Notes under the pieces: generated by a model | Seen by the model: the letters and a program-made list of their open reading frames with translations, nothing else | What the model was told of the DNA's origin: nothing | Database searches by the model: none | Made by a program: the position numbers and the translations under genes | Assembly: GCA_014238965.1 (NCBI GenBank) | Contig: JABAAC010000053.1 | Span: 8,284 to 72,283, forward strand | From: Phycisphaerales bacterium | GTDB lineage: Bacteria; Planctomycetota; Phycisphaerae; Phycisphaerales; SM1A02 | Length of the DNA stretch: 64,000 nt | Direction: 5' to 3' | Part shown: positions 1 through 9,616 of the stretch, in pieces | Position numbering within the stretch: position 1 is the stretch's first letter | Layout: every line of letters begins with the position of its first letter

Positions 1-2584
1 TGTCGATCGAACCCAAGACGGATGGAACTGAGCGTGTGACGAGACGATCTTTGTCAGGGGCGTCATAGGCGCCTCGCATCATCACGTAGCTTGGTCGAAT
101 GTCCTTGCGCTCTTGCATGACCATGGTGATTGGCAATGAAGCCTTCAGCGTGGTTAACTCGTCTTGCGCTTCGTCGATGCCTTCAGTCAATGCCAGCCAA
201 CGCGGTGAGTGGGTTGTGCGCCAGGCATCACGGGCACGATTGGCAAAGGCACTAGTCACTGACTCACTGGGCAACAACCAGGCGAGCATGTCTGGTGCCA
301 ATTGTCCCTCGGGAATTGTTTCACTGTAGTACATGGCCGCCGGCCCACCGGTGTTGACGATCTTGGTGACGTAGGTGTTGCGACCAGCCTGCAGGTTGAC
401 CGTTAAGGCATCTTGATCGGGGGCCACGCCACGGTTTACTCGATGCTCATGGATCAGATCACCATTGAGATAGACCAGAATGCCGTCATCGCTCCCGAGA
501 GACAAGTCGATAGAACGTGCCGTTGGTGCGAAGAATTCGCGTGCGACATACTCTGCGCCCACGCCCGCGGCGAGGGTCACACGTTGCCCTTCTAGTACAC
601 CCGGTGCATAGCGCCATTTCTGCCCTTCATAGGCAGTCGAAAAGTCAATGGGCGCCGCTTCGGGGCCAAATGCGGTGTCGTAGGCTTCTTGGGCAGTGCC
701 AGGCTTAAACGGGCCGACGATGTACCAATTGGTGTGTGCAGTAGGCAGCGCAGCCAACGTTTCGTCGCTTGCTGAGCCAACATGAAACCGTAGATTGCCA
801 AGACTGTGTCCTGCGTACTGCGAGTGAAAGTGCAGGGTTAGGATGAGGTCGCTGCCACCTTCGTATCCAAAGGGCTCTGCTGAGACGAACATCGCGACGC
901 GATCGTCAGGATTTTCGTGGGCGTTGAGTGCCCACATACGACCGTTGTCTGGTGTCAGGGCATTGACAATGCGAAAGTCCTCATTGGGTTGTTCATGATC
1001 GGCGAAGGCCCATATCAAATCAATGTCACTACGCTGCGTTGGGTCTTCACGCGACACTACTTCGGCACGGATTCCACTGAGAATCGCATTCCCGTTTGTT
1101 GCCCGTCCGACACGCCCATGGGGCATGGATTCGTGTTGCAGTACATCCATCACAATGGCACGTAGATCGGTCTGATCCGTTGAAAGCACAATGGTGTAGT
1201 CATCGTTCGTCGGTGGTGAGCTGGTGGCGAGCACGGAGTTGTCGTCTTGCAGTTCGAGCGTACTTCCAGAACTACTTACTGCTGTAATGACAGAGGGTGT
1301 AGACCAGGACCAGCCATCCTTTTGCAGCGATTGTTCAAACGCTTCTAGATGCACGGCCTCATCGGGGTCTGGTGCATCTCGCTCTTGGGTAAGTGTGGTC
1401 AGTGTCGCTTCAAGGGCCACCACCTGCTCGCTCGTTTCAGCAGTTGTAATGGTGTAGGTGGGTTCAAGCGCCCGTTGTGGATCTTGAGATTGGTTGTACA
1501 GCCCAGGTTCTTCGTTGTTGTTGAAGAAGCCCAACAACGCGTAGTACTCGGCTTGGGAAACAGGGTCGAACTTGTGGTCATGGCACTGGGCACAATTGAC
1601 GGTTAGGCCGAGAAAAACCGTACCAAGCGTATTTGTGCGTTCAACGGCGTAGTGGAAGAGCGCCTCATCGTTAATGGCACCGCCTTCATCGGTTGTGACA
1701 TGCAGTCGGTTGAAGCCGCTGGCCACCATTTGGCTGTTCGTTGGTTGTGGAAGTATGTCGCCTGCCAATTGTTCGATGACGAATTGGTCGTACGGCATGT
1801 TGTTACGCAACGATTCGAGAACCCAATCACGATATGGCCAAATGGTCCTGCCAGCATCCATGTGGATGCCGCTGGTGTCAGCGTATCGTGCCAAATCGAG
1901 CCATGGCACAGCCATGCGTTCGGCATGCCGTGTCACGTATGGCTCTTGCGTCAGTAATCGGTTCACCAGACGCTCGTAGGCGGCGGGTGCCTTGTCAGCG
2001 AGAAACGTGTCAAGTTCAGCGGTCGTGGGGGGCAAGCCGGTGACATCTAAAAACACCCGTCGGCACAGTGTGGCCGCGTCGGCATCAGTCGTTGGCGCAA
2101 TATCGTTTTGGGCGAGTTGCTGTAACACGAATCGATCGATGTCATTGCGGATCCACGGGTTGTCAATCTCTGGAGGCGTTGGCGAAGTGAGTGGTTGATA
2201 CGCCCAATGTGGTTCAAAGGCAGCGCCCTGCTTGATCCAGTTCCGGATCAGAGCTCGTTGTGGATCGCTCAATCGTTCCTTGCCACTATCGGGCGGTGGC
2301 ATTGCATCTTCCGCTCCATGGGCATTGATGCGTTGCCACAGCAGGGAGGCATCGGGGTCACCCGGGACGATGGGGAAGCCGCTTCGTCGTTCAGCCGTCG
2401 CGGCGTCAAAAGAATCAAGGCGTAGATCAGTGTCTTGTTTGTCTCGATCGGGTCCATGGCATTGGAAGCACTGATTCGACAGGATCGGGCGGATATCGCG
2501 ACTGAATCGTACGACATCCTCGCCGTGTGATGGATACACGATGAACGCGATGCTGGCGATGAGCGTTGCAGATGAAGTGGCCAT
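1..2584 (-). CDS. PSCyt1/DUF1549/DUF1553-family planctomycete cytochrome-c-domain protein (3' end runs off the window)
   Basis: Absent from the ORF track because no stop codon lies inside the window. ATG at 2584-2582. Hand translation reads MATSSATLIASIAFIVYPSHGEDVVRFSRDIRPILSNQCFQCHGPD (N-terminal CxxCH). I verified the last ~35 codons as in frame down to position 2 (RKDIRPSYVMMRGAYDAPDKDRLVTRSVPSVLGSID); the interior was read by eye and appeared continuous. The four listed minus-strand ORFs in 592-2517 are all in a different frame. Confidence 0.8.
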   Translation of the reverse strand, partial: MATSSATLIASIAFIVYPSHGEDVVRFSRDIRPILSNQCFQCHGPDRDKQDTDLRLDSFDAATAERRSGFPIVPGDPDASLLWQRINAHGAEDAMPPPDSGKERLSDPQRALIRNWIKQGAAFEPHWAYQPLTSPTPPEIDNPWIRNDIDRFVLQQLAQNDIAPTTDADAATLCRRVFLDVTGLPPTTAELDTFLADKAPAAYERLVNRLLTQEPYVTRHAERMAVPWLDLARYADTSGIHMDAGRTIWPYRDWVLESLRNNMPYDQFVIEQLAGDILPQPTNSQMVASGFNRLHVTTDEGGAINDEALFHYAVERTNTLGTVFLGLTVNCAQCHDHKFDPVSQAEYYALLGFFNNNEEPGLYNQSQDPQRALEPTYTITTAETSEQVVALEATLTTLTQERDAPDPDEAVHLEAFEQSLQKDGWSWSTPSVITAVSSSGSTLELQDDNSVLATSSPPTNDDYTIVLSTDQTDLRAIVMDVLQHESMPHGRVGRATNGNAILSGIRAEVVSREDPTQRSDIDLIWAFADHEQPNEDFRIVNALTPDNGRMWALNAHENPDDRVAMFVSAEPFGYEGGSDLILTLHFHSQYAGHSLGNLRFHVGSASDETLAALPTAHTNWYIVGPFKPGTAQEAYDTAFGPEAAPIDFSTAYEGQKWRYAPGVLEGQRVTLAAGVGAEYVAREFFAPTARSIDLSLGSDDGILVYLNGDLIHEHRVNRGVAPDQDALTVNLQAGRNTYVTKIVNTGGPAAMYYSETIPEGQLAPDMLAWLLPSESVTSAFANRARDAWRTTHSPRWLALTEGIDEAQDELTTLKASLPITMVMQERKDIRPSYVMMRGAYDAPDKDRLVTRSVPSVLGSID

Positions 2585-3037
2585 GGGTTTGAAGATAACA
2601 GGCTGAGCGGTGCGCTCGGGGCCTATTGCAGGACTTCAGTTCCAGAAGGCCAAGAGCACGAGCATTTGGTCGAAGTCGACGATGTTGTCGCCATAGATTG
2701 CATTTGAATGATCGCCAGTGAAGACCTATGCCACTAGGATTAATTCTGCTCAGGCACTATTCCTGATCATCATGTTTGGTCAGGGCGTTCGCCAAACCAA
2801 TCATGGCTCGCACACAAATCAATCAAGACTTGGCCAGTAGGGGCCTGTCCATAGGGTCATCAGTGTAACCATGGGGTACATCATGCCAGCTCCAGATTGT
2901 CTTTGGTACTTATCGGTTGGTCCACGTTGATTCAGGTGCTAACCTTGACCATGGAAAGCCAATGGTCCGCGTGCATTTCAGTTCCATGCTGAGGCGCACT
3001 GGTTTGCAGGGGCCAAACGGAGAGTGAGGACCAAACA

Positions 3038-5041
3038 ATGCTGTATGTCGTACTTGTGAGTTCGTCGCTCGTTGGGCCAGCGCCGTTTGACACAGATCAT
3101 CCCATGTTGCACGCCTGGTTCGAGGCGGGCGAGGGTGTCAATGATGGCACAGCCGTCGACGGTGATGCCGTTTTGAATTGGCTTGACATATCTGGCCATG
3201 AACGCCACCTCGTGCGGACCGATGCCCAGCCGGATCGCCATGCCACATGGTTCGGCGACGCAATGGAAGGTAACCCAGTTGTTTCCTTTGACGGCAATGA
3301 CTACATCTGGTGCGAACCAGACAGTACATGGGGCACGCTAGATGGCAACAAGACTATTTTTGTTGCACTGCGATGTGATGTAGCTGATGGGGGGTACGTT
3401 TTTGATTCCTACACTTATGCAGGTCGAAACGCACTCTTTACAGGGCAGAATGCAAATCCACAAGAGTGGTGTATGTACGACGGCACGAATGTCATGGGCT
3501 CGTCCATTGTCACGACTGATGCCGTTCGCGTGCATACCATCGAGATCTCTGACACAGGCATGCGGCATCGCATCGGCGGCGCACTGATTGACGAGAGTCC
3601 TTGCGACAATGGCTCCATGATCGGTGTCCTAGTAGGCAGCCGTTACAACCTTGCCAACGGTTTGAACGGTGACATCGGCACGTTCTTGGTGTTCAACGGC
3701 ACACTTCCTGACAGTGAGCGCCAAGCAATTGAGAGTTGGCTCAATGATCGCTATCCGGCCACTGAGGTTCCTGATCAGCCTGAGTTTGTAACGGTTTTCC
3801 AAAATGGCGAAGGTGGCTGGCCGCAGTATCGCATTCCATCACTGCTGACAACCCAGCAAGGCACCGTGCTAGCGTTTGCTGAGGGGCGTACCAGCCTCGG
3901 CGACAACGCGCAGAACGACATTGTTATGCGGCGGAGCACCGATGGGGGTCGGACTTGGGGTACCCATGTGCTGCTTGATGACGCTGGCGGCAATTGCGCC
4001 AACAATCCGACACTTGTGCAAGTTTCCGGCGGCCTCCATGCTGGGCGGATCATCATGATGTATCTGACCATTCCAGATGGCTGCCACTTGGGCTGTGTGA
4101 GTCCGGGATACGTTGGCGACTGGATCATTCGCATCATGAAGATGCACTCAGATGATGACGGATTGACCTGGTCTGCGCCGGTGGACGTTACACCTGGATG
4201 TAAACGCGAGACCACCGCCGATGTGATGATCGGCCCAGGACTTGGCATCGAGAAGCGTCGATCGCCGTTTACGGGCCGGTTGGTCATGCCCCTTGCCGAA
4301 CGCGTCGGTGGCCACTGGTATGCCTACGCGGCGTGGTCTGACGATGGCGGGAACACGTGGCAATTCGGACAGAACATCGATGACACACTTGTATCAGGCA
4401 TGATGAACGAGGATCAACTCGTCGAATTGACCGACGGTCGGCTGCTCATGAACACGCGGCACTACGGCGGCGATCCAAATCGGCTCGAGGCGCACAGCAC
4501 TGATGGCGGGGCAACGTGGGGGCCGGCTTATCTTTCCAATCTTCCTGGCACCGCGTGCATGGCCAGCATCATTCGTTTGACGGATCCTTTGGATGGCTTC
4601 ACAACGCCTCGCTTGCTCTATTCCGGGCACGCCAACAACGGCCGCGATGAAGGCACAATCTGGGTTTCCTATGATGAAGGTACTTCGTGGGGAAGCGGTC
4701 GGTTGCTCGAGCCCGGTGGCTTTGCCTACAGCGTGGCGCAGGTCATCGACTGTGAGACGATTGGTGTGCTCTACGAAACAACGAACTATGCGAGCATTCG
4801 TTTGGGAGTCTTCAGCCTAGAGTGGCAGAGTGCTGATGCCGACACTCTGGAAGGCGAAGGGCCCTGCGGATCATGTGTGACCGACATAAATGACAGTGGT
4901 GAAACCGATGTTGATGACCTTTTACAAGTCCTTGGAGCGTTCGGAACGACTTGTACAGACTGCCCCGCAGACATTGATGACTCCGGTGACGTCGCGGTGA
5001 ATGATCTGCTGCTGCTGATCTCAGGTTGGGGGCCGTGTTGA
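3038..5041 (+). CDS. exo-alpha-sialidase (GH33-like) with N-terminal LamG-like region and C-terminal dockerin-like module
   Basis: YRIPSL (FRIP-type) motif. Five Asp-boxes (STDGGRTW, SDDDGLTW, SDDGGNTW, STDGGATW, SYDEGTSW). C-terminal DINDSGETDVDDLL / DIDDSGDVAVNDLL repeat pair. SD-like GGAGAGTGAGGA upstream. Confidence 0.85.
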   Translation: MLYVVLVSSSLVGPAPFDTDHPMLHAWFEAGEGVNDGTAVDGDAVLNWLDISGHERHLVRTDAQPDRHATWFGDAMEGNPVVSFDGNDYIWCEPDSTWGTLDGNKTIFVALRCDVADGGYVFDSYTYAGRNALFTGQNANPQEWCMYDGTNVMGSSIVTTDAVRVHTIEISDTGMRHRIGGALIDESPCDNGSMIGVLVGSRYNLANGLNGDIGTFLVFNGTLPDSERQAIESWLNDRYPATEVPDQPEFVTVFQNGEGGWPQYRIPSLLTTQQGTVLAFAEGRTSLGDNAQNDIVMRRSTDGGRTWGTHVLLDDAGGNCANNPTLVQVSGGLHAGRIIMMYLTIPDGCHLGCVSPGYVGDWIIRIMKMHSDDDGLTWSAPVDVTPGCKRETTADVMIGPGLGIEKRRSPFTGRLVMPLAERVGGHWYAYAAWSDDGGNTWQFGQNIDDTLVSGMMNEDQLVELTDGRLLMNTRHYGGDPNRLEAHSTDGGATWGPAYLSNLPGTACMASIIRLTDPLDGFTTPRLLYSGHANNGRDEGTIWVSYDEGTSWGSGRLLEPGGFAYSVAQVIDCETIGVLYETTNYASIRLGVFSLEWQSADADTLEGEGPCGSCVTDINDSGETDVDDLLQVLGAFGTTCTDCPADIDDSGDVAVNDLLLLISGWGPC

Positions 5042-5054
5042 GGCCATCACCGTA

Positions 5055-5816
5055 ATGCGACACGTTCAGTACATGTTTGCGTTCGCCGCTGCTTCGATTG
5101 TCAGCACATCGGCCATACACGGCGACGTGGTTCACATCACATTTACTGGTACGGTGGAGTGGAACCAAGTAGGCACGCCGCCACTTGGGGATGTCAACGC
5201 CTCGGATGCAGTGACATGTTCGTTTCAGGTTGATACTGATTCATTTATAGACGGTGTTGCGTACCCAACCCGCGGATATGACATCGACTCGGCATCGTGG
5301 TTGCTCATGATGGGCACTACATCCATCGATATCCAGACACCATTTCAAGGCACACCGTTCTTCGTCTTACGCGATAACGACCCAGCAGTCGATGGTTTTA
5401 TGTTGAGCACTAACGAGGTGTACTTTCCTCTTGGCGTGCCGCTTGAACAAGTTGGAGCCTTTGGTGACTTTGTACATGTCGTATCAGTCACGTATGGAAG
5501 CGATGCGCTCTCATCACTAGATATTGCTGATGCGCAAGGTACGTACGACTTCACGGGTCTGAGTGTCTACAACTGGGTGATTGAAGATGGGCCGTATCTG
5601 CCATTAGGCGTGGAGTTTGAGCAACTCACAATCGAGGTCGTTTCGGATGAGTTGCTTGGCGACGTGAACGGTGACTGTGTCGTGAATCTCGATGACCTAC
5701 TGCTCGTCATCAGCCATTGGGGTGATGGATCAGGTGGTGGCGATGCCAATGGGGATGGCGCGACAGATGCTGTGGATGTGCTGGCGGTGATTGGGCAGTG
5801 GGATTCGGCCTGCTGA
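5055..5816 (+). CDS. secreted hypothetical protein with C-terminal dockerin-like module
   Basis: Signal-peptide-like N-terminus (MRHVQYMFAFAAASIVSTSAIHG). C-terminal DVNGDCVVNLDDLLLVISHWG / DANGDGATDAVDVLAVIGQW repeat pair. Lies 13 nt after the sialidase stop. Confidence 0.6.
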   Translation: MRHVQYMFAFAAASIVSTSAIHGDVVHITFTGTVEWNQVGTPPLGDVNASDAVTCSFQVDTDSFIDGVAYPTRGYDIDSASWLLMMGTTSIDIQTPFQGTPFFVLRDNDPAVDGFMLSTNEVYFPLGVPLEQVGAFGDFVHVVSVTYGSDALSSLDIADAQGTYDFTGLSVYNWVIEDGPYLPLGVEFEQLTIEVVSDELLGDVNGDCVVNLDDLLLVISHWGDGSGGGDANGDGATDAVDVLAVIGQWDSAC

Positions 5817-5861
5817 GCACTTCGCATACATAAGAGGGGTGGTTTCAACTAGGCTGCCGCA

Positions 5862-7421
5862 ATGACCGGCCCATTGCTGTATGTCCTTTTGGCCTTGATG
5901 GCGACCGTAGAAGCGCCTCTGGAACAAACGAAGCCCATTCGGCCCAACATTGTGTTGTTGTTCACTGACGATCAACGCGATGGAACATTTGGCGCTATGG
6001 GGCACCCGTTCCACACAACGCCGCACGTGGACGCACTGCTTGCCAAGTCGGTTCGATTCACGAACGCGTACACGGCGACGCCTGTTTGCTCGCCGAGTCG
6101 AGTGAGCATGCTTACAGGGCAAAGCGAACGCACGCATGGGGTTGGGTTCGGAACGTCCTATCAACTCAATGAGGAACAGTGGGCTGCGACATATCCTGCG
6201 CTATTGCAGGCCGCCGGGTACTTCACCGGTTTTATTGGAAAGTTCGGCGTGGAGTACTACACCTTTAAAGGTAAGGCTTCAGAGCGATTCGACTTTTGGT
6301 GGGGGCACGATGGTTGGACGAAATTCCACCCGAAGCAGCACGCATCGGCGTCATGCAGGCCATATCACCGCGCTGAGCATGATGAAATCACATTCATCAT
6401 GGGCGAGGCGATGGCTGCGTTTCTCGATGCAGCAGCATGTGACAGGCCGTTTTGTTTGTCGGTGAGTTTCAATGTGCCGCACGGGTCACAGGTCACCAGT
6501 ATGCATACGGAGTACAAAGACTGGCAATTGATGACGCGTCCTGCCAACGAAAATCCAAAACTCAAGGGCAGTGCGTTCTACGACGACTTGTATCGAGACA
6601 CGGCCATCGAGATTCCTGCAGCAACGGCTACCGATCCGTACCAGTACATTCCCGAAGCAATTCAGAATCAGGATAAGGGGCGTCGTACCCAGACCTATGC
6701 CTACAACTACTCTCGGCCAACGAACCTTGAACATCACGTGCGCTACGGACAGACGATTTCGGCGCTCGACCAGGTGATTGGAGATTTGGTTTGTGATCTA
6801 AGGCACCGTGGTTTACTTGACAACACAGTGATTATCTTTGCGTCAGATCACGGCGTCCTCATGGGTGAGTACGGCATGGGTGGGAAGGCGCTGCTATACG
6901 ACCTTGCAGCGAAGATCCCGTGTTTTGTGTATGACCCGCAGGTTGCAGTCACTCGTCGTGGGCAAGCAGTTGGAGAACTCGTGACCAGCATCGACATCAC
7001 CGCAACCATGCTTGACTATGCGCAGGTCGCTGCGCCGGAGTTCAGCGAAGGTGTAAGCCTTCGTCCGCTGATTGAAGGCGTTGAAGTGGACTGGCGTAAC
7101 GAACTCTTTCTTGAGAGTCTGTTCGTACTGCGCGATACGCCTTTCCAAGAGGGTATTCGTCGAGGGAATTGGAAGTACATTCGCATGTTCGACGGTGTGC
7201 AGGGTTGGCGTGAAGAAGACATCGCGTTCTCGGGTCGAACACCGGCCTTTGAAATGCTCTTCAATCTTGAGGAGGATCCCGGAGAGGAGCACAATCTTGT
7301 TGGGCAGATCGAATGTGAGTCGGTGCTCGTGGATCTGCGAGCTCGGTGTGCTGCACAATCGAACGCCGGAAACGTTCGACGTACCGCATTTCAGGATGCG
7401 GTGATTACGACGCCGCGTTAA
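5862..7421 (+). CDS. Cys-type sulfatase (arylsulfatase family)
   Basis: Formylglycine signature CSPSRVSMLTGQ after NIVLLFTDDQRD, signal-like N-terminus, FASDHG motif. Confidence 0.85.
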   Translation: MTGPLLYVLLALMATVEAPLEQTKPIRPNIVLLFTDDQRDGTFGAMGHPFHTTPHVDALLAKSVRFTNAYTATPVCSPSRVSMLTGQSERTHGVGFGTSYQLNEEQWAATYPALLQAAGYFTGFIGKFGVEYYTFKGKASERFDFWWGHDGWTKFHPKQHASASCRPYHRAEHDEITFIMGEAMAAFLDAAACDRPFCLSVSFNVPHGSQVTSMHTEYKDWQLMTRPANENPKLKGSAFYDDLYRDTAIEIPAATATDPYQYIPEAIQNQDKGRRTQTYAYNYSRPTNLEHHVRYGQTISALDQVIGDLVCDLRHRGLLDNTVIIFASDHGVLMGEYGMGGKALLYDLAAKIPCFVYDPQVAVTRRGQAVGELVTSIDITATMLDYAQVAAPEFSEGVSLRPLIEGVEVDWRNELFLESLFVLRDTPFQEGIRRGNWKYIRMFDGVQGWREEDIAFSGRTPAFEMLFNLEEDPGEEHNLVGQIECESVLVDLRARCAAQSNAGNVRRTAFQDAVITTPR

Positions 7422-8106
7422 GCCTGATTGCGTTTGCAACTTGCTCGGCCAGTGCTTGAGAACCCTTGGGCCTGAAGTGCACATTTGCAGGCTTCTGTAA
7501 TTCGTCCAGACGAGGCAGAGCGAATTCGTACAGGTCATTTACATTGATGTTTCGTTGACGCATGATGGCCAAAGCCTCTTGGTTGTATAGGGCTGCATCA
7601 TTCACATCGCGATACGGGCGCACCGGCCCTTCGGGCACAGGTGTTGTTGTGGCGAAGACAAGCACGGCGCCCGTGGATTGCATCTTGTCAATGATTGCAT
7701 CGAGTTGTCGGGTGTAGGTTGGCAGCGGAGCTTGGAGCGTGTGCGTGGGATCGCCGGAGCCTCGGCCTGTGTTGGGATTGACGTGCTTGATGTCATGCAG
7801 GCCAAAGTTGAAGTGAATGACGTCCCAGTTGCCGCCTTCTTGGGCGAGCCAACGGTCGATGTGTTTAATGCCTTTGTTGGTGCCTTCGCAGTTTTCAGAG
7901 CGGCCATCCGCTTTCGTTGGACGGATCACAACAGCAGATTCGCCAAGTAACGCGCGTACCCGCGGTGTGTAGTTCATCGAGATGGAGTCACCAATGATGA
8001 GCACTCGCAATGGTTCGGCGTGCTTCGGACTGGCCTTGTGGGCTGCTGAGCAACTTCCAAGGCATACGGTAACGATGAAGAGAGTCGCGAAAATGCGTAT
8101 GGTCAT
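7405..8106 (-). CDS. SGNH/GDSL-family hydrolase (possible carbohydrate or sialate O-acetylesterase)
   Basis: GDS block VLIIGDSISMNY. Lipoprotein-like N-terminus MTIRIFATLFIVTVCLGSCS when started at the internal ATG 8106. The longer track ORF (to 8397) has an implausible Cys/Arg-rich extension that overlaps the divergent sulfatase. Confidence 0.7.
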   Translation of the reverse strand: MTIRIFATLFIVTVCLGSCSAAHKASPKHAEPLRVLIIGDSISMNYTPRVRALLGESAVVIRPTKADGRSENCEGTNKGIKHIDRWLAQEGGNWDVIHFNFGLHDIKHVNPNTGRGSGDPTHTLQAPLPTYTRQLDAIIDKMQSTGAVLVFATTTPVPEGPVRPYRDVNDAALYNQEALAIMRQRNINVNDLYEFALPRLDELQKPANVHFRPKGSQALAEQVANAIRLNAAS

Positions 8107-9616
8107 TGCTGCAGCGTACAGTGCACAGATGCTGAGTTGGTTACTTGCCGCGTGTGCCTTGATACCCCAGCCAAAAAACGTCGTAGTCATATTGGCAGAC
8201 GACATGGGACTTGCCTCGCTGCATGCGGAGCATCCTGATTCGGGTCTGCCTACGCCAAATCTTGATGGACTGCATGCGCAGAGCATGTCATTTACCGATG
8301 CGCACAGCGGATCGGCAGTATGTTCACCAACGCGATACGGCCTGCTGACGGGTCGGTATGCGTGGCGTACGCACATGAAGCAAGGCATCGTGGCCAAGTG
8401 GGGGGCGCCGTTGATCGCTCAAGATCGCATGACCTTCGCTGATGTGGGGCGCGAAGCTCACCTGCACACTGCTTGCATTGGTAAGTGGCATTTGGGCTGG
8501 CATTGGCCAACTGCAGATGGCGGTACCACGACTAAGGCAGCAAATGTGGACTACAGCAAGCCCATCGGTGGCGGTCCACTCGAGGCTGGTTTCGATCACT
8601 ATTTCGGGGACGACGTGCCCAATTGGCCACCCTATGTTTGGATCGAAGACGATCTAGCCCTCAGTGTGCCCAGCAGCACGATGGACCAAGACGATGCAAA
8701 CGGTGTTCGTCGCGGTCCAATGACCCCAGGGTGGTCACTTGAAGCGGTATTGCCGGAACTGACTCGTCGCTGTGTCAACTACATCCACAAACGCGCTACT
8801 GCGAACGAGCCGTTTCTGCTGTACTTCTCCATGACCTCGCCGCACACACCCATCAGCCCATCGGAGACCTTTCTTGGGCAAAGCGGGGTTAGTCGGTACG
8901 CAGATTTCCTCTTGGAGACCGATTGGTCGGTCGGACAGGTACTTCTGGCGCTTGAGCAATGCGGCTTGGCAGACGACACGCTTGTCATTTTCACTGCAGA
9001 TAACGGTACGTCGCCTAAGTGCAACTTTTCCAGCCTTCAAGCGGGCGGTGTGAATCTACGAGCGCACTGGCGTGGTATGAAAGCTGATGTCTTTGAAGGT
9101 GGACATCGGGTTCCATTTTTGGTGCGCTGGCCTGGCGTGGTCGAGCCTGGAAGTTCATGCGATGAACCGATAGTGCTGACGGACATCATGGCGACGATTG
9201 CGGCTGCCCTGCAGGTGGCGCTTCCCGATGGCGCTGCTGAGGACAGCGTCAGTCTTTTGCCTCGTCTTGAACAGCAGCCCAATGTCGCGCCATTGCATGA
9301 CGTGATTGTCAATCATTCTTCACAGGGGCGATTTGCCGTGCGCAAGGGCAGCTGGAAGTTGTGCTGCTGTGCCAGCTCAGGTGGGTGGACGTCGCCCACC
9401 AGTGAACAGAAGGCACTGGCGTCGGGGCTGCCTTCGATGCAACTCTATGACTTGAGCGTCGATCCTAGTGAGACCACAAACCTTGTTGGCTCAAACCCCC
9501 GGCAGGCCACACACATGCTCGATTTGTTTCGGGCAGTCGTCGAGCGAGAGTCCAATGATGGTGGGAGTTGGTGGAAAAAGTTGCCATGGTCGGCGTCCGA
9601 AGCCGGTGGCTCCTGA
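8075..9616 (+). CDS. Cys-type sulfatase (arylsulfatase A-like)
   Basis: VVVILADDMG followed by CSPTRYGLLTGRY formylglycine motif, and TADNG. Start placed at ATG 8075 (MKRVAKMRMVIAAAYSAQMLSWLLAACA signal peptide). The track ORF begins at 7982. Confidence 0.85.
   Translation: MKRVAKMRMVIAAAYSAQMLSWLLAACALIPQPKNVVVILADDMGLASLHAEHPDSGLPTPNLDGLHAQSMSFTDAHSGSAVCSPTRYGLLTGRYAWRTHMKQGIVAKWGAPLIAQDRMTFADVGREAHLHTACIGKWHLGWHWPTADGGTTTKAANVDYSKPIGGGPLEAGFDHYFGDDVPNWPPYVWIEDDLALSVPSSTMDQDDANGVRRGPMTPGWSLEAVLPELTRRCVNYIHKRATANEPFLLYFSMTSPHTPISPSETFLGQSGVSRYADFLLETDWSVGQVLLALEQCGLADDTLVIFTADNGTSPKCNFSSLQAGGVNLRAHWRGMKADVFEGGHRVPFLVRWPGVVEPGSSCDEPIVLTDIMATIAAALQVALPDGAAEDSVSLLPRLEQQPNVAPLHDVIVNHSSQGRFAVRKGSWKLCCCASSGGWTSPTSEQKALASGLPSMQLYDLSVDPSETTNLVGSNPRQATHMLDLFRAVVERESNDGGSWWKKLPWSASEAGGS

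Noticed and set aside
8107-8397. 97-aa N-terminal extension of the SGNH hydrolase ORF.
   Set aside because: It overlaps the coding region of the divergent sulfatase and has no signal-like features. The internal ATG at 8106 gives a lipoprotein-type signal peptide.
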